A DNA stretch of 64,000 nt from Flavobacteriales bacterium (GTDB lineage: Bacteria; Bacteroidota; Bacteroidia; Flavobacteriales_D; Sanyastnellaceae). The notes under the pieces were generated by a model. That model was given only the letters and a program-made list of their open reading frames with translations, ran no database searches and had not been told where the DNA came from. A program made the position numbers and the translations under genes. Positions 59,878-64,000 of the stretch are shown piece after piece (positions within the stretch are counted from its first letter, which is position 1; each line of letters starts with the position of its first letter). Location: contig DATCJY010000066.1 in assembly GCA_036562565.1 (NCBI GenBank), forward strand, positions 10,317 through 74,316, in the 5' to 3' direction.

Positions 59878-60807
59878 TCAGTACAGTTTCTGCCGTTTAA
59901 TGAGGTATTGCAAAAGCACGTGATTGAAGCCTTCGTTGATATCCACTTCCATGAAGTCGATATTGTACTGACCACATTTGAGCTTGAGTTCTTGCTTGAA
60001 TGCCGCCATGCGCTCTTTATAAGTCTCGCGGATATCGGAAGGATTGAGCTTGAGTTCCTCACCGCTTTCCAAATCGACAAACGTGTATGGGCGATTTTCA
60101 AACTGAAACTCATCCTCCAATCTCTTATCTGCGACATGGAATAAAATCACATCGTGCTTGTTGTGACGCAAGTGTTGAAGTGCGGGAAAGACTTCGCTTG
60201 AAGAGTTATCCATCATATCGCTGAAGATGACTACCATGCTTCTGCGATGAATACTCTCTGCAATTTCATGCAGTGTTGCTGCCACAGAAGTTTTCACTTG
60301 CCTCGTTTCCCCAACGGTATCCAGCACACGCTCCAACTCGGAATATAAATAGTTGTGGTGGGCTGCACTAGATGAAGCACGGGTGTGTACTTCAATTTTA
60401 TCGGAGAACAGAGTGAGCCCTACTGCATCACGCTGGCGCTTGAGCAATTCCATGAGGGCGGCTCCTGCATAAATGGAGAACTTGATTTTATTGTATTCTT
60501 CACCCTCGGGTTTTACACCTGTCGGAAAGTACATCGATGAAGAAGTATCAATCAAGATCTGACAACGCAAATTGGTCTCTTCTTCATAGCGTTTCACGAA
60601 CAGTTTTTCTGTACGTGCATAAAGCTTCCAATCAATGAAGCGCGTACTCTCAGCTGTGTTGTATTGTCGATGCTCCGCAAATTCAACAGAGAAGCCATGG
60701 AAAGGACTTTTGTGTAATCCGGTTATAAATCCTTCCACAGCTTGCTTGGCCAACAATTCCAATCGGCCAAGTGATTGCAGTCTTCTTCTATCAATGTTGA
60801 TGGGCAT
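59878..60807 (-). CDS. DUF58 domain protein (vWA-like, MoxR-associated family)
   Basis: LELLAKQAVEGFITGLHKSPFHGFSVEFAEHRQY...IDWK.YAR is the typical DUF58 N-terminus. It is followed by a vWA-like ILIDTSSSM. Confidence 0.8.
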   Translation of the reverse strand: MPINIDRRRLQSLGRLELLAKQAVEGFITGLHKSPFHGFSVEFAEHRQYNTAESTRFIDWKLYARTEKLFVKRYEEETNLRCQILIDTSSSMYFPTGVKPEGEEYNKIKFSIYAGAALMELLKRQRDAVGLTLFSDKIEVHTRASSSAAHHNYLYSELERVLDTVGETRQVKTSVAATLHEIAESIHRRSMVVIFSDMMDNSSSEVFPALQHLRHNKHDVILFHVADKRLEDEFQFENRPYTFVDLESGEELKLNPSDIRETYKERMAAFKQELKLKCGQYNIDFMEVDINEGFNHVLLQYLIKRQKLY

Positions 60808-60849
60808 AAACGAGGTGCGCTGGTTTGCGCTGGTAACGCAATATTACTC

Positions 60850-62835
60850 CTATTGTTTGATAAAACGTGTAGTGCTTGCCCCTGATGTGAAAAGATATAC
60901 TCCGGAAGACAGCGCGTCCACATCTATAAACAATTGATTTTGATTGGTGCGTGCTGATTTCACAACTCTTCCTGTCATATCGGTAATCCGCCAATCGTTG
61001 ATTGATTTATTGGCCGTCACTTGCAACAAGGAATTAACCGGGTTAGGGAACAATTGCACTCGGAGGTCATTCATCTCTTCCACACTTGCATAGACTACCT
61101 CAAAATGAAAAGTATCGGACCACTCACCTTCTCCACAACCATTGATTCCGCGGACTCTCCAATATCCTTCCGTCCCAAAATTTTGAATGTAGAGTTGTAC
61201 GGAATTATTGCTTACCAATTGTTCAATGTATAAGTCTCCGGAAAAGTCAGGTGTACCTGACACCTGAATTTGATAGCTCGAAGCATTGTTCAACGAAGTC
61301 CAACTGAACTCCGCAATATTCTGATTAAATACGACACCACCGTCTTCAACAGCTAACAAAATTGGTGCATTCGGAGTGTTTCCGGCAATCACCACAGTGA
61401 GTGGAAATTCATATTCCTGTTCAAAGTTGGTTTGCAACAACAAGCGTGGATGATACACTCCCTCTGCAATGTTTTCTAGACCGGTTATTTCAATTTCGTA
61501 AGTACCGGTTTCGGTGATGTTGATACTGTTTATGGAAGCACCGGGCAATCCGCTCAAAGCGGTAGTCAATGGAAATGCTAATTCGCTGTTGATGGTTAAG
61601 TCAAATTGAATTTGCTCGGCATTACACAATTCCCAAGTCTTTTGAGAAAGCACCACCATTTTAGGACGGGTGATAAAAATGCCTTCATACATACTAGTGG
61701 CAATGTTCACTCCACTTGGAAGAAACGCATAATTGCTCCATGTTCCGCTAAATACCGGAGCATCATTCAAAGGAAATAAATCGAAGTAGGCTATCTCATT
61801 CATTAACCCCTCATCAATTCGGATGACATCGAATATGCGCAAACCACTGCGATAATTGCTTTGATACATGAAGTGGTCATCGATGTAAAAATTATGGTCT
61901 ATCGCTGTGTTGTCGGTTTCATGAAAACCTTGGTAAACAAGATGATCCAAATCGGTGATATCGAAAATGTGCGTGCGGGTGCCGTATGGCGTGTTAGTTA
62001 TTGCGAATGTTTGTTCATCCAGCTCATCGTTTAGGAGAAAATGACGCTTATCCTTCGTCACCCAACCTTGGTGAATATAGCCTCTATTGTTATAGGTATA
62101 ATTTCCTAATGACTCGCAGTCCGTTTTATCTGTACAGTCAACTACAGCCAGTTTGGTACCATTACAAGCAAACACAATTTGCTTTCCCTGATGCTCTACA
62201 TCCGGTCCATCATAATTCCAGATAAAACAATCATGTGTGTAGCCCTCCAATGCAAAACCACCGGCAAGCGTTGGTTGAAGGGGATTTGAAATATCTACGA
62301 TGTGCAGACCTCCTGCGTACGTATCCGTTCCATTGGCATACAAAAATCCATTCAAGGTATCAATGGCAATGGTGTGACTGTTGCTGAATCCGGCATAATG
62401 TGCGGTTTCCTGAAAGATGGTCGGAATGTTCTGCACATGATCCAATTGCGTAAGATCAAATATTTGAAGCCCATGCCCTGCAGCCTCACTGCCAATAAAG
62501 CAATAATTCTTGTAGGTTTCCAAGTCTCTCCATAGGCTATTGGTGCTATGAGAAGGCAGTAAACCCAGATACACCGGATTTACAGGATCACTGATATCAA
62601 GAAAAGCCGTTCCGTTACTGCATCCTACAAGGGCATACTCTTTGCCAGTGTTAGGACTCACCCACCCCCAGATATCATTGGTATTCTCTCCATGGCCCAT
62701 TGCTGAAAGGGGCACGAAAGCCAACAAGTCCACATGCTCACAAGGATAGTTGCCGGCCATCCCATTGATACAGGGTGTTTGTGCAGATAAGAGAGAACTA
62801 AATGCGAGTGCAAAGAAGAGCGCTTTAAACTTCAT
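60850..62835 (-). CDS. Secreted beta-propeller-like protein (choice-of-anchor B / LVIVD-like) with type A T9SS C-terminal sorting domain
   Basis: 661 aa with a signal peptide. The N-terminal PCINGMAGNYPCEHVDLL...NDIWGW is as I remember for the choice-of-anchor B family. C-terminal LFPNPVNSLLQV...LSSGVYLFTSGASTTRFIKQ is T9SS-CTD-like. Confidence 0.6.
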   Translation of the reverse strand: MKFKALFFALAFSSLLSAQTPCINGMAGNYPCEHVDLLAFVPLSAMGHGENTNDIWGWVSPNTGKEYALVGCSNGTAFLDISDPVNPVYLGLLPSHSTNSLWRDLETYKNYCFIGSEAAGHGLQIFDLTQLDHVQNIPTIFQETAHYAGFSNSHTIAIDTLNGFLYANGTDTYAGGLHIVDISNPLQPTLAGGFALEGYTHDCFIWNYDGPDVEHQGKQIVFACNGTKLAVVDCTDKTDCESLGNYTYNNRGYIHQGWVTKDKRHFLLNDELDEQTFAITNTPYGTRTHIFDITDLDHLVYQGFHETDNTAIDHNFYIDDHFMYQSNYRSGLRIFDVIRIDEGLMNEIAYFDLFPLNDAPVFSGTWSNYAFLPSGVNIATSMYEGIFITRPKMVVLSQKTWELCNAEQIQFDLTINSELAFPLTTALSGLPGASINSINITETGTYEIEITGLENIAEGVYHPRLLLQTNFEQEYEFPLTVVIAGNTPNAPILLAVEDGGVVFNQNIAEFSWTSLNNASSYQIQVSGTPDFSGDLYIEQLVSNNSVQLYIQNFGTEGYWRVRGINGCGEGEWSDTFHFEVVYASVEEMNDLRVQLFPNPVNSLLQVTANKSINDWRITDMTGRVVKSARTNQNQLFIDVDALSSGVYLFTSGASTTRFIKQ

Positions 62836-62890
62836 AAATGAATAGAATGATTATATTGAAGTCGTAAAGTTATGTGAAGACACGACCTCA

Positions 62891-64000
62891 TTATCGGAAT
62901 AATGTTATATGCCCTTGGATTTCATAAGGTTGATCCAGCATATCCCGAAAGTGAATTACATATTGATAAACCCCATTGGGGACATAATAATCTCCATCTC
63001 GATAATCTCCGGTCCACGGCTCTTCAGTATCATAACTTTCAAAAATCTTTTCTCCCCAACGGTTGTATATCTGTATGTGATATTCCTTCATACCACTTGT
63101 GACCGGCTTCCATACATCATTGATACCATCGCTATTGGGTGAGAAAGTATTCGGTACATAGATGCTATAACCGCCTACGGCTACTTGTCCTGTGATTTCA
63201 TCCTTACAACCAAACTCATTGAGTACATGCTGGGTGATATAATGATAGCCTGCCGTTTGCCATATGTGAGTAAAATCTCTCACCCCATACGAACTGCCAT
63301 CCGACAAAGTATAGTACACATAACTGGCACCGATGGATGAGTCGCGCACACTCACAAAAGAATTCTGTATATCTACTTGTTGCGGATCGATAACAAATCG
63401 TGCCACCGGCACAGGATGCACCTTCACAACATTCGGAAATACTTTGGTCAAAGTCTCCACACAACCGGTAGTTGTACTCACTGTAACCGAAACATCGTAA
63501 TTTCCGGAATGTTCATAGGTATGCAAAAAACTGGCAAATGAGCTAGTTGTCCCATCACCCAAATCCCAATGATACGAGAGTGGAGTATCGGACTGAACAT
63601 TGGCAACAAAGCTCACTGTCAACTCCGGGCAACCCTCTGCTTCCTCTATCTGAAAATCGGCAATCATGTTTTTGGGCACCCAAATCACATCTTGGTATGT
63701 TCTATCGCACCCATTCTCTTGTATGCGCAAGGTGACTGTGTGATAACCTGGCTCATTAAACACGATAGATTGCGGATTCTGCTGATGGCTCACAGGCACA
63801 TTGGCTGCAGGTCCAAAATCCCACGTGTAGGACGCATTTGATGTGGTAGCACCCAACGCTTGAAAATTGAAACTGTTTGAATCAAAGCATTGAGGTGCTT
63901 GTTCCGGGAAATAAGGATTTAGGTGTCCATAAATGGCAAACTCCATTGTAGCCGTATCCGGACAAGTAAAAGGCGCACTCACTATCAATGTTACCTGATA
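62891..64000 (-). CDS. Partial CDS (C-terminal part; frame stays open to window end): PKD-repeat protein with type B T9SS C-terminal domain
   Basis: PKD-like WDFGPAANVP.. and WDLGDGTTSS.. segments. The C-terminus YVPNTFSPNSDGINDVWKP...IYNRWGEKIF...GHITLFR is homologous to the CTD of 3127-7080. The codons upstream of the track start (a TTG) contain no stop before nt 64000. Confidence 0.8.
   Translation of the reverse strand, partial: YQVTLIVSAPFTCPDTATMEFAIYGHLNPYFPEQAPQCFDSNSFNFQALGATTSNASYTWDFGPAANVPVSHQQNPQSIVFNEPGYHTVTLRIQENGCDRTYQDVIWVPKNMIADFQIEEAEGCPELTVSFVANVQSDTPLSYHWDLGDGTTSSFASFLHTYEHSGNYDVSVTVSTTTGCVETLTKVFPNVVKVHPVPVARFVIDPQQVDIQNSFVSVRDSSIGASYVYYTLSDGSSYGVRDFTHIWQTAGYHYITQHVLNEFGCKDEITGQVAVGGYSIYVPNTFSPNSDGINDVWKPVTSGMKEYHIQIYNRWGEKIFESYDTEEPWTGDYRDGDYYVPNGVYQYVIHFRDMLDQPYEIQGHITLFR

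Noticed and set aside
59781-60137. A 118-aa ORF overlapping the 3' end of the DUF58 gene on the same strand in another frame.
   Set aside because: The DUF58 frame carries clear family motifs across this region. The alternative frame is Ser-rich with no motif.
59878-60807. DUF58 gene without an adjacent MoxR ATPase or Bat genes, as a possible anomaly.
   Set aside because: I am not sure how consistently these genes are linked in this lineage. Without genome-wide context this is not a supportable observation.

Overview
This is a gene-dense chromosomal window that looks like Bacteroidota. The evidence is five predicted type IX secretion (T9SS) cargo proteins with type A or type B C-terminal sorting domains, a split MetH, a TAnnTTTG-like -7 box, and little Shine-Dalgarno signal. 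All calls come from reading the supplied translations and the DNA by eye; no search or folding tool was run.

Most genes are housekeeping:
- DNA topology and repair: topoisomerase IV-like parE/parC, uvrA, an AddB-like nuclease.
- Central carbon: a co-directional pfkA-gap-(BadF-type kinase)-mgsA-pgmB run, a GH65 phosphorylase, a PfkB kinase.
- Methionine/SAM: a SAM-I riboswitch leading split metH plus metF, with metK transcribed divergently.
- Envelope and lipid: kdsC, lpxK, accD.
- Others: pyrE, cca, moeB-like, obg, adk, and one tRNA-Asn(GTT).

Accessory-looking content:
- A 1317-aa modular adhesin with a type B T9SS domain.
- An NrtR-like degenerate Nudix regulator overlapping a secreted CotH-like protein.
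- A small secreted protein built from six 17-residue tandem repeats.
- The most interesting item: a compact three-gene locus (45107-48489). Two paralogous collagen-like (GXY) fibre proteins, one with a phage-tail-fibre-type self-cleaving chaperone domain, bracket a very small T9SS cargo protein. No phage genes are nearby.

No CRISPR array, rRNA, transposase or integrase was seen.
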